A stretch of 64,000 nt of DNA from an uncultured Ectothiorhodospiraceae bacterium (GCA_964408855.1 CAYPBB010000010.1:9362-73361); one strand, 5' to 3'; positions 20,231 through 31,343 are shown, numbered from the stretch's first letter. Numbers and translations are program-made. Notes: generated by a model from the letters alone, not told the origin.

Positions 20231-20653
20231 TTACAAACCGCCGCTTTGCGCGTTGCGGTTGAGTACTTCCCGGATTTTATCGCTGAGTTGTTCCTGAACG
20301 GTCACGGGGATATCGTTCAGCGAGAAGGTCGTTTTTTCGGCGGTGCGGCGCTCGACTTCCTTAAGGAGGCGTTCGAATTCCGCGACCAGTCTGTTTTTCT
20401 GTTCGTGCAGCGCCACTTCAATAGCGGCGAGTTGGAGAAAGCGATGATGAATATCCTTATCGCTCCATTGCTCAATTTCGCCATTCGGTATTTCCGGATC
20501 GCGGTTGTCGAGAACCGATACGATGACGCATTTTTCCGACGGATCGGTCAGATCGAAATTATTCACGAACAGCAGCGATTCCGTCTGTTGCAACACTCCG
20601 ACCGCGCGCAAAAGCCCGTGCAGATCGTCCTTGTTGATCGAATAATTGGTCAT
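20231..20653 (-). CDS. Hypothetical protein with C-terminal coiled coil
   Basis: ORF from MTNYSIN; host-like codon usage. Confidence 0.6.
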   Translation of the reverse strand: MTNYSINKDDLHGLLRAVGVLQQTESLLFVNNFDLTDPSEKCVIVSVLDNRDPEIPNGEIEQWSDKDIHHRFLQLAAIEVALHEQKNRLVAEFERLLKEVERRTAEKTTFSLNDIPVTVQEQLSDKIREVLNRNAQSGGL

Positions 20654-20809
20654 ACCTGTACACGATAAGTGGATACGATTGAGTGCGATGTAAAGTATGA
20701 AATGTTTGGCAGAGAATCTATTTAAAAAAAACGGTGTTAGTCTTTTGTGGAACGCCACAATTGGCGATTTTCGGTTTTTCCGGCAGAATTCAACAATAAT
20801 GACGATGGA

Positions 20810-23800
20810 ATGATGAAAGCGGGATTCGTGCTATGCACCCTCGGAGTGCTGTTTCTTCTTGCCTTGGGCGAAGCGCCGGCGCAATCGACCTGCGACGGAG
20901 ATAAATCCTGCACCGGCAACGCGCTCCAGTTTTTCGGCGGACAGTTCGACTATGTGGATGTGTTTACCACGCCCGCCCTCGAATCCATCGATCAAACGAA
21001 TCGGATGACCGTCGAGATGTGGATCAACGTCTCGCGCCAGCCGGGCGTGCGGCAGTATATCGGCGGCGTGTGGGGACCCCGCACCGACCGCGACGACCGC
21101 TGGGTGTTGTATATCGACGAAAACGATTCGCTCACATTCGAGCTCAGCAACGACTCGACGAATTTCGGGCCGTTCGATAACACCGTCGCGAAAACGGGGG
21201 TGGTTTACAACACATGGTTCCATCTTGCCGCGATGTGGGACGGTTCGACGCAGGAAGCGCGGCTCTATATCAACGGCTCGTTCATCGCGGTATCGCGCAA
21301 CGCGCAATATCCCATCGATGCGTTGCGTCCGAGCATCAGCTACCTGCAGTTCGCTACCTATAACGGTATCACCAACGATCCCGCCCGGAATAAAACACTC
21401 ACCGGCACGCTCGACGAAATCCGAATCTGGAACCGCATCGTACCGGACGACGAGCTGCGCTGCAACAGATACGCCGCGCTTTCGGGTAACGAAACGGGTC
21501 TGATTCTCTATTACCGTTGCAACGAATCGGGCGGCAACGAACTCTGCGACGCATCGCGATACGACGGCAGGGGTAACCGACGCGGCAATGCGCAGTTCGT
21601 CCCGTCGACGAGAATCGTTCCGCAAACTGTCTTCATCACTCCGGCGAATTTCAACTTCAATCTGTATTGCGTCTCCGATACGCTATTAACAGTGACCGTG
21701 TCCGATACATCCGCATGCGGAAACAGGGTACGCGTTTCGATCGGAGGGCAGGATGCGGCGGCATTCGCGCCGAACCGCACGCTGGTGCAATTGCAGCAGA
21801 ATATTCCGGAGACTATTCAGATTAGAACGAATCTGCGGGTGACGGGCGCCATAACCGCCATCGTCCGCGTTGAACCGGATAACGGATGCGCCTTTGCGGC
21901 GGATATTCCCATCAATATCAACCGGACGACACAGCTCAGCGCATCGATGGGGCATATCCAATTCGATACGCTGTTCGGTTGCGAGGGACGTTCGGTTGTC
22001 GATACTACTCTTACACTCTGCAACACAACGGCAGCCCCGCTGACAGTCAACGGAGTACTGTTAGCGAATCCCGCATTTATCGTATCGATTCCATCCGGTC
22101 CCCTCCCGCGAGTGCTCGCTCCCGGGGATTGTATCGATGTGCCGGTACGTTTCGCCCCTCCCGACACGGGCACATGGGCGGATACGCTCCGCATCGCCTC
22201 CACCGACGCCTGTCCTGGCAGCGGTCTGATACCGGTGAGAGGAATCCGCCGTGACATTGTGTTCACTACTATCGACAGCGTCGACTTCGATCTTCAGGAT
22301 GTTCCCTGCCGCATGTCGCTCAATCTTGCGGAGGAATTCTTCATCCGAGGAAGAGTGAGCGATGATTTCGTCGTCGAGGGCTTTGAATCCACGCTGCCCA
22401 TGTTCAGCAGCTCGACAACCGTTCCGTTTACTGTGCGCCCGGGACGCTCGTACCGCGCCAATATCAGGTTCCGGTCCAATGTGCAGGGTGTTTATCACGA
22501 TACCATACGCATTCGCATCAATTATCGCGGGTGCATCATCTACAAACGGATTCCGGTGCGCGCCACCGTCATCGGCGTTACGCTTGCGGCATCCGATACG
22601 CTCGTGCAATTCGGGACCGTGCGGGTGGGGCGTTCTGCAACGCGGACCGTTACCGTAAAGAATATCGGCATCGATCTGCGCCAGGTGTTCCCGTATCTCA
22701 GTTCCGGACGCGTGTTCAGTTTCACCGGTCCTTCGCCGGCACAGCTCGCTGCAGGCGACAGCGCGGCGTATACAATTACATTCCGCCCGCTCGAAGCGCG
22801 GTTCTATCGCGATACGCTCTGCTTTCAGGATGTGAACTGCCTCGTCCAGGTATGCATCATCCTCGAAGGCAACGGGCAGTTCGGAACGCTGGAGTTCGAT
22901 CCGGGGTACATCCTCGCGGAAAACGTCATCAACTGCAAGTGCAGGCTGGACACCATCACCGTCCGAAATATTTCCGGCGCGGCGCTGACGCTGCAATCGG
23001 TGTTGATTCAGGGTTCGCCGCATTTCACGTTCGTTCCCTCTCCGCCGCCTTCGAATGAAACACTCCCGCCGAACGGCACGCGCACATACATCATCCAATA
23101 TTGCCCGAACGGCACGCCCGATTTCATTACCGAGCGCGCCGACCTGGTGTTCAACACCAACGGCGCCGATACAACGCTTCGAATCCAGCTCATCGGCACG
23201 AACATTCAGCCCAAGCTGTTCGTCAGCGAACTCACGAACTACGGCGATGTGGAAGTCGGAACTACGCTCACGCGGCAAATACTGGTCACGAATGTCAGTC
23301 CCGTGCCTGTGCGCGTCGATAATATCGGCGGATTGCCTCCGGGCTATACGGTGGTATCCGCTGTTCCTCCGATTGGATCGACGTTGCAGTTCCGCGATAC
23401 CATGATCGTCAACGTGCAGTTCGCACCGGTGCAGAATATCGTCTATAGCGGCACTGTCACGGCCTCTTCCACCGATCCGTGTACGACATCGGCGCAGGGC
23501 GACATTACCGGTAGAGGCGTTATCGTACCGCTTTTCGTGCCGTGGACCACCATCGTTTTTTCCGAAGCGACCCGTTGCGACAGCGTTGTGCGTGCGGTCG
23601 GATTGGTGAACGACGGAAGCGTTCCGATCACAGTCGATTCGATATGGATCGCCGGTCCCGATGCTGCGGCGTTTGAATGGCGGGCGAAGACATTCAACGG
23701 CGTTCTCCCGCATAATGTCGGACCGAAATACGCCGATAGCATCGAGATCGTTTACAAACCGATCAATTCGCCCAGCGTCCTGAGTTTTGCGCAGATCTTC

Positions 23801-24886
23801 ATCGCGGCAACAAACCGGCTCGGTCAGGAAGTGTTCGCCATCAATCTTTCCGGGGGACGGATCGAACAATTCATTCCCAGCACGAATGCCGTCGCGTTTG
23901 CGCCTACGCCCGTCAATCAATGGGCGGGTCCGTTTTCCATTTCGTTCCAGAATCCCAGCTATATCGATACGCTGATAATCGATTCGCTCTCATTTAATCC
24001 CGACCAAGGTGTGTTCGGATGGGTGGGTACGCATCCGGCTATTATACCGCCCAGAGAAACCGTCACCTTCACGCTCGAATTCCGGCCGCGCGCGGCGCTC
24101 GACTACCGGGCAACGCTGCGGATGGTCAACCGGCAGCCATGCGCCGAGGTTGACACGACGATTTCGGTTACCGGCTCAGGCTATACGCCTCCATACCTCG
24201 TGACCCTGTGTATCGATCCCCCGCTGGAAGCGCGCATCGGCGATGAAATCGTCGTCCCCGTCATGCTGAACAGGGATATCCCCCAGAATCCTGTGGATAT
24301 CGATTTGTTCATCGAACATTATCATCTCGGAATGCGGTATCTGGGCGCAACGCCGGTGTTTTCGTCGCAACCCGTACTCGATACTGCGCGCGCAAACGGA
24401 ACAAAACTCTCGGTAAAGAACAACCAGGGTGTCGTCGCCGGACCGTTTATCAACATCCGGTTCAAGGTATTGCTTTCCGACAGAATCAGTCTGTTCGTGC
24501 GTTCGGATAGCATTACATTCGCATCGGACAGCACGTTTTTCATTGCACTGTTCGGCGACGGATGTTTTACGACGATGAACGTCAATCCCCACTGCGCTAT
24601 CGACCGCGTGTCGTTCACGGCGAATACCTACCAGTTGTTCCAGAACTACCCGAACCCATTCACCGCAGCGACAACCATTGAATTCGAATCGCTGGAAGAC
24701 ACGAATGTACGCGTCGATGTGCGCGATCTCCGGGGACGGGTTGTCGCCGTTCTCACCGATACCTATTATCTCAACGGCAGATACCGGCTGACGTTCGACG
24801 CTGCTGGATTTGCAGCCGGGGTGTACGTCTATACAATGCACACACCGAACTTCAATGCATCCCGTACCATGACCATCGTGAAATAA
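20810..24886 (+). CDS. Large T9SS-secreted surface protein: LamG/concanavalin-like domain, multiple choice-of-anchor-D/ASH-type Ig repeats, CTD
   Basis: TVEMWINV...WFHLAAMWDGS...LYING...GTLDEIRIWN (LamG); repeated FGxVxVG/TVxN/FxP Ig modules; LFQNYPNPF...GVYVY CTD. Confidence 0.85.
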   Translation: MMKAGFVLCTLGVLFLLALGEAPAQSTCDGDKSCTGNALQFFGGQFDYVDVFTTPALESIDQTNRMTVEMWINVSRQPGVRQYIGGVWGPRTDRDDRWVLYIDENDSLTFELSNDSTNFGPFDNTVAKTGVVYNTWFHLAAMWDGSTQEARLYINGSFIAVSRNAQYPIDALRPSISYLQFATYNGITNDPARNKTLTGTLDEIRIWNRIVPDDELRCNRYAALSGNETGLILYYRCNESGGNELCDASRYDGRGNRRGNAQFVPSTRIVPQTVFITPANFNFNLYCVSDTLLTVTVSDTSACGNRVRVSIGGQDAAAFAPNRTLVQLQQNIPETIQIRTNLRVTGAITAIVRVEPDNGCAFAADIPININRTTQLSASMGHIQFDTLFGCEGRSVVDTTLTLCNTTAAPLTVNGVLLANPAFIVSIPSGPLPRVLAPGDCIDVPVRFAPPDTGTWADTLRIASTDACPGSGLIPVRGIRRDIVFTTIDSVDFDLQDVPCRMSLNLAEEFFIRGRVSDDFVVEGFESTLPMFSSSTTVPFTVRPGRSYRANIRFRSNVQGVYHDTIRIRINYRGCIIYKRIPVRATVIGVTLAASDTLVQFGTVRVGRSATRTVTVKNIGIDLRQVFPYLSSGRVFSFTGPSPAQLAAGDSAAYTITFRPLEARFYRDTLCFQDVNCLVQVCIILEGNGQFGTLEFDPGYILAENVINCKCRLDTITVRNISGAALTLQSVLIQGSPHFTFVPSPPPSNETLPPNGTRTYIIQYCPNGTPDFITERADLVFNTNGADTTLRIQLIGTNIQPKLFVSELTNYGDVEVGTTLTRQILVTNVSPVPVRVDNIGGLPPGYTVVSAVPPIGSTLQFRDTMIVNVQFAPVQNIVYSGTVTASSTDPCTTSAQGDITGRGVIVPLFVPWTTIVFSEATRCDSVVRAVGLVNDGSVPITVDSIWIAGPDAAAFEWRAKTFNGVLPHNVGPKYADSIEIVYKPINSPSVLSFAQIFIAATNRLGQEVFAINLSGGRIEQFIPSTNAVAFAPTPVNQWAGPFSISFQNPSYIDTLIIDSLSFNPDQGVFGWVGTHPAIIPPRETVTFTLEFRPRAALDYRATLRMVNRQPCAEVDTTISVTGSGYTPPYLVTLCIDPPLEARIGDEIVVPVMLNRDIPQNPVDIDLFIEHYHLGMRYLGATPVFSSQPVLDTARANGTKLSVKNNQGVVAGPFINIRFKVLLSDRISLFVRSDSITFASDSTFFIALFGDGCFTTMNVNPHCAIDRVSFTANTYQLFQNYPNPFTAATTIEFESLEDTNVRVDVRDLRGRVVAVLTDTYYLNGRYRLTFDAAGFAAGVYVYTMHTPNFNASRTMTIVK

Positions 24887-24889
24887 CCT

Positions 24890-26836
24890 ATGCCGCAACG
24901 CCTCCGACGGACATTTGCATTTATATTTGTCTTCGCTTCCATCGCTACCTCCGTCCATGCGCAGGATTATATCCGCCTTGGAGTAACCGGAGGGTACAAC
25001 CGTAACTGGCACCACGCGGCATTGCCTCTGTTGACTGCGGAACCCGAATGCGGCAATTACACCTACGGGACCGGCAACGGCATGTACCTCGGGCTGGCAG
25101 GAGAAGTACCGGTCCTTACATGGCTGCGCGGTTCCGCGCGGCTTACCTGGTCGCAACTCGGCGGATCGCTGCAGACGCATTGCTCGCTGATCGAAGTAAC
25201 CGATCCCGCAACCGGCGCCATCGTCCCGCTCGTTCGCGAATACACGCGCACCGCAGCAATCGACTATCTTCAGCTCGAACTGGGCGGCAACATCGCACCA
25301 TTCGATTTTCCATTGTACGGTTCAGCGGGAGTCGGATTCGGGATTCCAACCGCTGCATCGAACGACGAGCATGAGCGCATCATATCGCCTTCGGGAGTGC
25401 GGTATCCCGATGGCACAATCAAGCGGAAGAACTATGAAGGCGATATCGCATCTCCATCCACGCGATTGGCGTTGTATGCTGGTCTTGGATACGATTATTT
25501 TCTGAAGCCGAATCTCATCCTTGCCCCGGAAATTGCATTCCACTATCCATTGACCGATGTCGCTTCCGGACTGGATTGGAACATCCAGTCGATGCGCGCG
25601 GGGATTTCGCTGCAATGGCTTATCGATCTCCGGGAACCCGAAGCGCCTCCTCCTCCACCCCCTCCGCCGCCGCCGCAAGTCCGGAAACCGGTTGCTCATA
25701 TCGGAGCGGCAACGGGCGCTTCCGTGGATATTACCGAAACTTACGTCACTGAAACCTTCCCGCTGCTGCCGTATGTCTTCTTCGAAAAAGGAACAGCGCG
25801 GATGATCCCCAGGTACGTGCAATTGGATAAGGAAGCGACGCAGGCGTTCACGGAAACCGGTCTTCCCCGGAAAAATCTTCTGATCTATTATCAGCTTCTC
25901 GATATCGTAGGATACAGAATGCGGCGGAATCCTTCGGCGAACATTACGCTCATCGGCGCGACAGATAACAAAGGAACCGAGGAGGGTAATGATAGTCTGG
26001 CGAGAGCACGAGCCAGCGAGGTGAAGCGTTATCTGACTTCCGTCTGGAGCATTGCGCCGGAACGCATTGCCATCAAATCCCAGAAGCTCCCGCCTATTCC
26101 GACCAGCCAGACATACGTTGAAGGCGACGAAGAAAACCGCCGCGTCGATATCGTCTCAAACGACGAAAGCCTTTTCCGCCCGGTTGTCCACGAGCGATTC
26201 AGCGAATTCGACATCAATCCGCCGGAACTGGCGCTTTCGCTCGGATCGGAAGCGGTTGACGGTATCGAGCGGTGGGACGTATCGATTTCGTTCTCAGGCG
26301 GCGTCGCGAAGGAATTCCACGGTGCGGGCTCACCGCCCGATTCGCTTCGTTGGTTGCTTTCCGAAGACCTCGCAGTCGGCGTGCAGTCGGAAGATGCGCT
26401 GCGCGCGACCCTGACCGTGTACGATCGGAACGGTGAGAGTTCGTCTTCCGAGGTCGCCATTCCCGTCTCCAAGAAACAGAATGCGTTCGAAGTCGGCAGA
26501 CTCAGCCTGATCGTCTTCGATTTCGACAGGGCGGATATCCGGGGACAGAACAAGGCGATGATCGAGAAATTCGTTGCCACCGCCATCAAACCCACGTCGA
26601 CCGCATCGATTACCGGTTCAACCGATATCCTCGGCGAGGAAGAACACAACAAGGAGCTTTCCGCCGCACGCGCCGAAAGCGTGAAAAACATCATCCTCGG
26701 TCAAAATCCCGGAATCCGCAATCTCGAAGCGCGGGGCATCGGCGAAGCGCCGGATTTGTACGACAATACCCTGCCTGAAGGCAGATTCTATTGCCGGACG
26801 GTATCGGTGGAAGTAAAAACACCGTTAGTAAAGTAA
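24890..26836 (+). CDS. OmpA-family protein: N-terminal beta-barrel, poly-Pro linker, two OmpA-like peptidoglycan-binding domains
   Basis: PPPPPPPPP linker; IGATDNKG...LARARASEV...ENRRVDI and ITGSTDILG...LSAARAESV...GRFYCRTV. Confidence 0.85.
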   Translation: MPQRLRRTFAFIFVFASIATSVHAQDYIRLGVTGGYNRNWHHAALPLLTAEPECGNYTYGTGNGMYLGLAGEVPVLTWLRGSARLTWSQLGGSLQTHCSLIEVTDPATGAIVPLVREYTRTAAIDYLQLELGGNIAPFDFPLYGSAGVGFGIPTAASNDEHERIISPSGVRYPDGTIKRKNYEGDIASPSTRLALYAGLGYDYFLKPNLILAPEIAFHYPLTDVASGLDWNIQSMRAGISLQWLIDLREPEAPPPPPPPPPPQVRKPVAHIGAATGASVDITETYVTETFPLLPYVFFEKGTARMIPRYVQLDKEATQAFTETGLPRKNLLIYYQLLDIVGYRMRRNPSANITLIGATDNKGTEEGNDSLARARASEVKRYLTSVWSIAPERIAIKSQKLPPIPTSQTYVEGDEENRRVDIVSNDESLFRPVVHERFSEFDINPPELALSLGSEAVDGIERWDVSISFSGGVAKEFHGAGSPPDSLRWLLSEDLAVGVQSEDALRATLTVYDRNGESSSSEVAIPVSKKQNAFEVGRLSLIVFDFDRADIRGQNKAMIEKFVATAIKPTSTASITGSTDILGEEEHNKELSAARAESVKNIILGQNPGIRNLEARGIGEAPDLYDNTLPEGRFYCRTVSVEVKTPLVK

Positions 26837-26863
26837 CAGGGACGACAGTCTGACGCAATAATA

Positions 26864-26891
26864 CGGGTACCGGCACATGGTACCTGCTTTT
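26864..26891 (+). terminator. Putative intrinsic terminator after the ompA-family gene
   Basis: CGGGTACC-GGCACAT-GGTACCTG followed by CTTTT. Confidence 0.5.
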
Positions 26892-26961
26892 GTCATTGCA
26901 TTACAGACATAAAAGACGTACCATTCCTGCGGTCTTTTTGGAATAATTTGTCTTTAATTCT

Positions 26962-28440
26962 ATGATCAAATTTCTACTGCTACCGCTCGTTTTTTTACTC
27001 TTCCTTTCAACAGCATCTGCTCAGGACTGGTATGCCTCCCTACAATCCGGCAATATCCATGTCTACGTGACCAACTATGATTCCAGCAGGATTATCGTTA
27101 CAGAGTTTCCCAATTACGGGGCATACATCAGGACGCTTGAAGCGTCCGATAGTGTGAGCGCTAAATCCGTGTTGTCTCAATTCAGAAGCACAACCGGAAG
27201 CCATGAAGTGTTCGAATTACTCGGCGCCTCGCAGGACGTGTTCGGTTACTGGATGAAATGGAGGGATCCGAGCGGAATCGTTATTAGTTTCCATCATCAA
27301 TTCGGAATAAATGGCGATACGATTCCGCAATTTCTTGCTGTTCCTCCCACGAAAGATACGCTGCTCGACTTCACGGAGAGGTTTGGTTTTTCCTGCAGCA
27401 ACTTCCGCTTTCTGGATACTCTTGTGTACGGTAAAACACTGCCTGCATTCGCCTATACGCATAAGACCGAAAGAAATGTATTCACCGTTATCGTCGCCAG
27501 GCCCATCGGCATTCTTCGAATCATCGATCAACAATCAGCGGACGAATGGTATCTGAGTAGCGCCGTCATAGGAAAGGATCGCTTCAACAGAGATACCCGT
27601 CCGCGAAGAGCGCCGCGAATCTGCAATGATTATACGGTTCAATACACAGAAACAAACGACGAACAACACTATTCATTCAATACGACCTACTCCGCTCACG
27701 ATACGACGATAAATAATTCCGACTACCTGTTCATCCTTTCTGAAAATTTGATGGATGATTGGTGGCCGTTTTATTCGTATGGCGATGGGAAGTCGCCTAT
27801 ATTCGGATACCGGAACGATACAATCGTACAATACACTGAATCGGGCGACATCGTATTGGAAGAGCGCCCTATCTCGCTAGGCGATATCATCACATACTAT
27901 AATCTGCTTGATATGTCGCCTCAATTCATGAGCATCGTAATCGATACGGGGAGCGTACCAATCAATGGAATATCGAAGGGGTATTTCACGTATGGACATA
28001 GCATGGCGGATAATGTATTTTTCGAGATCTGGGTTGAAGAAATCGGACTCTACACAAGACACATCTGGTCATATTTCTCCGGTAATACCATATTACAGCT
28101 CACGGAAGCCACAAACTGCGGCGAGCATTTTATCATTACCGGCATGGATGATCCGGCAGAGGCAACGCCGCGTACCTCATATCTCGCTGCCGACCTCTAC
28201 CCGAATCCCGTTTCAACAGAGCGCGGCACGATGACGTTGCATTTCGCGCACCCGATGAATCAGTCGATGCACATCGCCATCTCCGATGCGCTTGGACGGA
28301 TAGTATACACCTCGACACTTCCGGCGGTCTCGCAGGAAGAAATACAGATTCCCATCCGAACATTCAATCCGGGAATCTATTTCCTCTCCGCGACAGCCGG
28401 ACAACTCAACACGACAAAAAGGTTCTTTATCGTTCATTAA
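26962..28440 (+). CDS. T9SS-secreted protein of unknown function (paralogue 1)
   Basis: Signal peptide; LYPNPV...NPGIYFL CTD. Confidence 0.8.
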   Translation: MIKFLLLPLVFLLFLSTASAQDWYASLQSGNIHVYVTNYDSSRIIVTEFPNYGAYIRTLEASDSVSAKSVLSQFRSTTGSHEVFELLGASQDVFGYWMKWRDPSGIVISFHHQFGINGDTIPQFLAVPPTKDTLLDFTERFGFSCSNFRFLDTLVYGKTLPAFAYTHKTERNVFTVIVARPIGILRIIDQQSADEWYLSSAVIGKDRFNRDTRPRRAPRICNDYTVQYTETNDEQHYSFNTTYSAHDTTINNSDYLFILSENLMDDWWPFYSYGDGKSPIFGYRNDTIVQYTESGDIVLEERPISLGDIITYYNLLDMSPQFMSIVIDTGSVPINGISKGYFTYGHSMADNVFFEIWVEEIGLYTRHIWSYFSGNTILQLTEATNCGEHFIITGMDDPAEATPRTSYLAADLYPNPVSTERGTMTLHFAHPMNQSMHIAISDALGRIVYTSTLPAVSQEEIQIPIRTFNPGIYFLSATAGQLNTTKRFFIVH

Positions 28441-28458
28441 ACAGCGACGGAATTCATT

Positions 28459-29889
28459 ATGGGATATTTATACAAGCGATGCTATATACTCTTATTCGCT
28501 GCGATTTTAACGTGTATTCTTCAGCAGAATGTTTCCTACGCGCAAGGGCAATCGTTCGAGTGGCCGTTCAATCACGGCGACCGCGTGTTGATCGACTCCT
28601 GTCTACTCCGCTTCGATGAACCGGAAGAGTCTTTCAGTTCCAGGTACGATTCCGCTATTGCAATCAATCATACAGTCTATTTCTATCCTGATTTAAATCT
28701 CTTCTTTCGTCACGAGAATATTTGGTATCACGTAACAGAAGGCGGCGTTACCAAATCCGGTAATTTTGCGCTCGTCGATCGCGAGGCTCTACATGAACTC
28801 TTTCCGAATTCGCCCCCGTCCGCCGATACGACCTGGCTTTTCAACATGCGTATATACAATGACGGCACTACGCCGTACCGATACTGCACGAATGTCGTTG
28901 AGTTCGATACGACGGTGTTTGGAGAAACCGTGCATGCGTTTTCCGCCGATATTTACTCCGTCGCGGATACTCTTGAATACCGCATCACCATTACGGATAA
29001 ATACTGGCTCATCGCTCTTCAGCGGAGGAATACCCCCGCAGCCGAACTGACGAAGTATAAAATCGACAACCGGATGAACAATGTGGGACCGTACACGTAT
29101 TATTTTCCGGCACTTTGCAACACGCTTTCGTATACGTACCATGAACAAATGTACTCCGTGATTAATCCGCCGGGGTACAAGAGGATGGTAACCTCAGCGG
29201 TGAGAGATACCTCCATTAACGACACAACCTACTACCTGGGATTACCTGAGTTGTACCCGGGCGTGTCGGGTTGTTATCCTACAAGGATGGATAATGATAC
29301 CTTGTACTATCGGTACGGGGACACAGAGCAGGCAGTGCAGCTCCCCATTCTCTATCTTGGCGATATAATTAGAGATAATTATTGGGGTCCTTTCCAATGG
29401 CTGGTGGATGTTTCAGCGATAAATTACGAAGGCCTCCGGACGGCATACAAATATCTCAACGAATTACCCGGCTCTGTGGATACGTATAAAGGAGAACAGG
29501 TATTCGCGTCCAAATTGGGCTTATTCAGTTCAACCATGACAGATGATGATCGATACCTGACAACAGATCTTACATCGTTCACGCATTGCGCAAACGAAAC
29601 ATGGGTTGAAAAACCGGAAGCTGCCAACGAACTCGCGATGAGCCTTTACCCGAATCCCGTCTCATACGGGCGCGGTACGATAACATTACATTTCGCGCGT
29701 CCGGTATCTCTACCCCTGCACATCGCTATCACTGATGCACTCGGACGGATAGTATATACCTCGACACTTCCGGCAGCATCGCTGGAAGAAATACACATTC
29801 CGGTGCGTTCGTATTTACCTGGAATCTACCTCCTGTCAGCTTCGTCCGGGAAACTCCAAACAACGAAAAGGTTCTTTCTAATGCATTAA
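28459..29889 (+). CDS. T9SS-secreted protein of unknown function (paralogue 2)
   Basis: Signal peptide; LYPNPV...LPGIYLL CTD; body similar to paralogue 3. Confidence 0.8.
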   Translation: MGYLYKRCYILLFAAILTCILQQNVSYAQGQSFEWPFNHGDRVLIDSCLLRFDEPEESFSSRYDSAIAINHTVYFYPDLNLFFRHENIWYHVTEGGVTKSGNFALVDREALHELFPNSPPSADTTWLFNMRIYNDGTTPYRYCTNVVEFDTTVFGETVHAFSADIYSVADTLEYRITITDKYWLIALQRRNTPAAELTKYKIDNRMNNVGPYTYYFPALCNTLSYTYHEQMYSVINPPGYKRMVTSAVRDTSINDTTYYLGLPELYPGVSGCYPTRMDNDTLYYRYGDTEQAVQLPILYLGDIIRDNYWGPFQWLVDVSAINYEGLRTAYKYLNELPGSVDTYKGEQVFASKLGLFSSTMTDDDRYLTTDLTSFTHCANETWVEKPEAANELAMSLYPNPVSYGRGTITLHFARPVSLPLHIAITDALGRIVYTSTLPAASLEEIHIPVRSYLPGIYLLSASSGKLQTTKRFFLMH

Positions 29890-29912
29890 ACGGCGGCAGT
29901 ATTCATTACACT

Positions 29913-31343
29913 GTGGGGTACACCATGAAACGATGGTATGTAGTTGTCACATTTATCGCAGCGCATGCGATTCTCATTCAGCACAATGCCAACGCCCAGC
30001 GGCAACCGTTCGATTGGCCTTTCGGCGACGGGGACCGTGTTGTTATTGGGGATATGTTATTGAGGTTTGATGGTCCCGATACTGAGAGTAGATACAATTA
30101 CTTCGATACTCTGTTTTCAAAGATATTAACAGTACACGCCTATCCGGATATAGAATTGCTAACCGCAGACCATGAACGGAATGGGTATTTGTACGATGCC
30201 GGAATCACGTACACCGGAAATTTTGCATTAATTGATTGTCTCAACAGTGAAGTTGCGGAATTCTTCCCGCTTGCTCCACATCAGGACACCGTCTGGCTGC
30301 ATAAGCTTGGGTACGGGGATGCTGCCCCGGGCAAATTCAGGTACTGCACCAATTTCGTGGAATTCGATACAACCATTTACGAAGAGACCGTACACGCATT
30401 TTCAGCCGATATCTATGCGCTCGATCATACGCCGGTGTACCGGATCGCTATCGCGGACAAGTACTGGCTTCTCATGCTGGAAACGCCGGATCAACGAACA
30501 TCGACATTGAACCGATTCAAAATCGGATCTAGACTGAAAAATATCGGACCATATACGTTCGATTTTCCATTGATTTGTTCCTCGCTCAAATACACATATC
30601 TGAAGGAGGTCGTTGTCGGTCCCGGAGGCGAAACGATAAATGTCGCCCCAACACCGGTTGTTATTCACGACACAACATACTATCTCGGAATCCCCGAGTT
30701 GTTTCCAGGATACAAGTTTTCATATCCGCTCCGGTCGCAGGGCGGCAACCTCTATGTCAGAGAAAACGGCAAAGAACGGATGTACACTCCTCCGCAGCTC
30801 TATCTCGGCGATTCGTCATATACCGGCGAGTTCATGGGAGGTGAATGGGTGGTTCAAGTGGATTCGGGTAATTATATGGGAGAGCGGAAGATCTTTACAT
30901 TTGTTCAGGAGTATCCGCGCAATTTCGACAATATGCCGCAGCTACGAAGATTTGCTTCCAAACTGGGCTTCTGGGATGCAACCTTCCAGGATGTATTCAC
31001 CTATACCAAGTTTACCTTGCAGCAATTTACGCCGTGTTCAACCGACACCAGAGTTGACCGTCCTGAAACACCGGACGAAATGAGTATTTCTGTCTATCCC
31101 AATCCGGTTTCGCTCCGGCAAAATAGTATAGTAACTATCTCGCTCGTTTCGCCCGTTCGATCCTCGGCTGTACTATCGATACACGATGCAATCGGCAGGC
31201 AAGTGTTTACGTCGAACTTCGAATCGCTGGTGTCCGACTATCCAATATCGGTACCGCTGAAGAATCTTCTTCCCGGCAAATACTATATCTCCCTGGACGG
31301 TAAGGGCATTCATGCGAACGGATCGTTTACGGTACTAAAATAA
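29913..31343 (+). CDS. T9SS-secreted protein of unknown function (paralogue 3)
   Basis: Signal peptide; VYPNPV...LPGKYYI CTD; RYCTNxVEFDTT...ETVHAFSADIY shared with paralogue 2. Confidence 0.8.
   Translation: MGYTMKRWYVVVTFIAAHAILIQHNANAQRQPFDWPFGDGDRVVIGDMLLRFDGPDTESRYNYFDTLFSKILTVHAYPDIELLTADHERNGYLYDAGITYTGNFALIDCLNSEVAEFFPLAPHQDTVWLHKLGYGDAAPGKFRYCTNFVEFDTTIYEETVHAFSADIYALDHTPVYRIAIADKYWLLMLETPDQRTSTLNRFKIGSRLKNIGPYTFDFPLICSSLKYTYLKEVVVGPGGETINVAPTPVVIHDTTYYLGIPELFPGYKFSYPLRSQGGNLYVRENGKERMYTPPQLYLGDSSYTGEFMGGEWVVQVDSGNYMGERKIFTFVQEYPRNFDNMPQLRRFASKLGFWDATFQDVFTYTKFTLQQFTPCSTDTRVDRPETPDEMSISVYPNPVSLRQNSIVTISLVSPVRSSAVLSIHDAIGRQVFTSNFESLVSDYPISVPLKNLLPGKYYISLDGKGIHANGSFTVLK

Noticed and set aside
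22061-23920. 619-aa minus-strand ORF
   Set aside because: Antisense shadow of the well-supported LamG/Ig-repeat gene; no motifs
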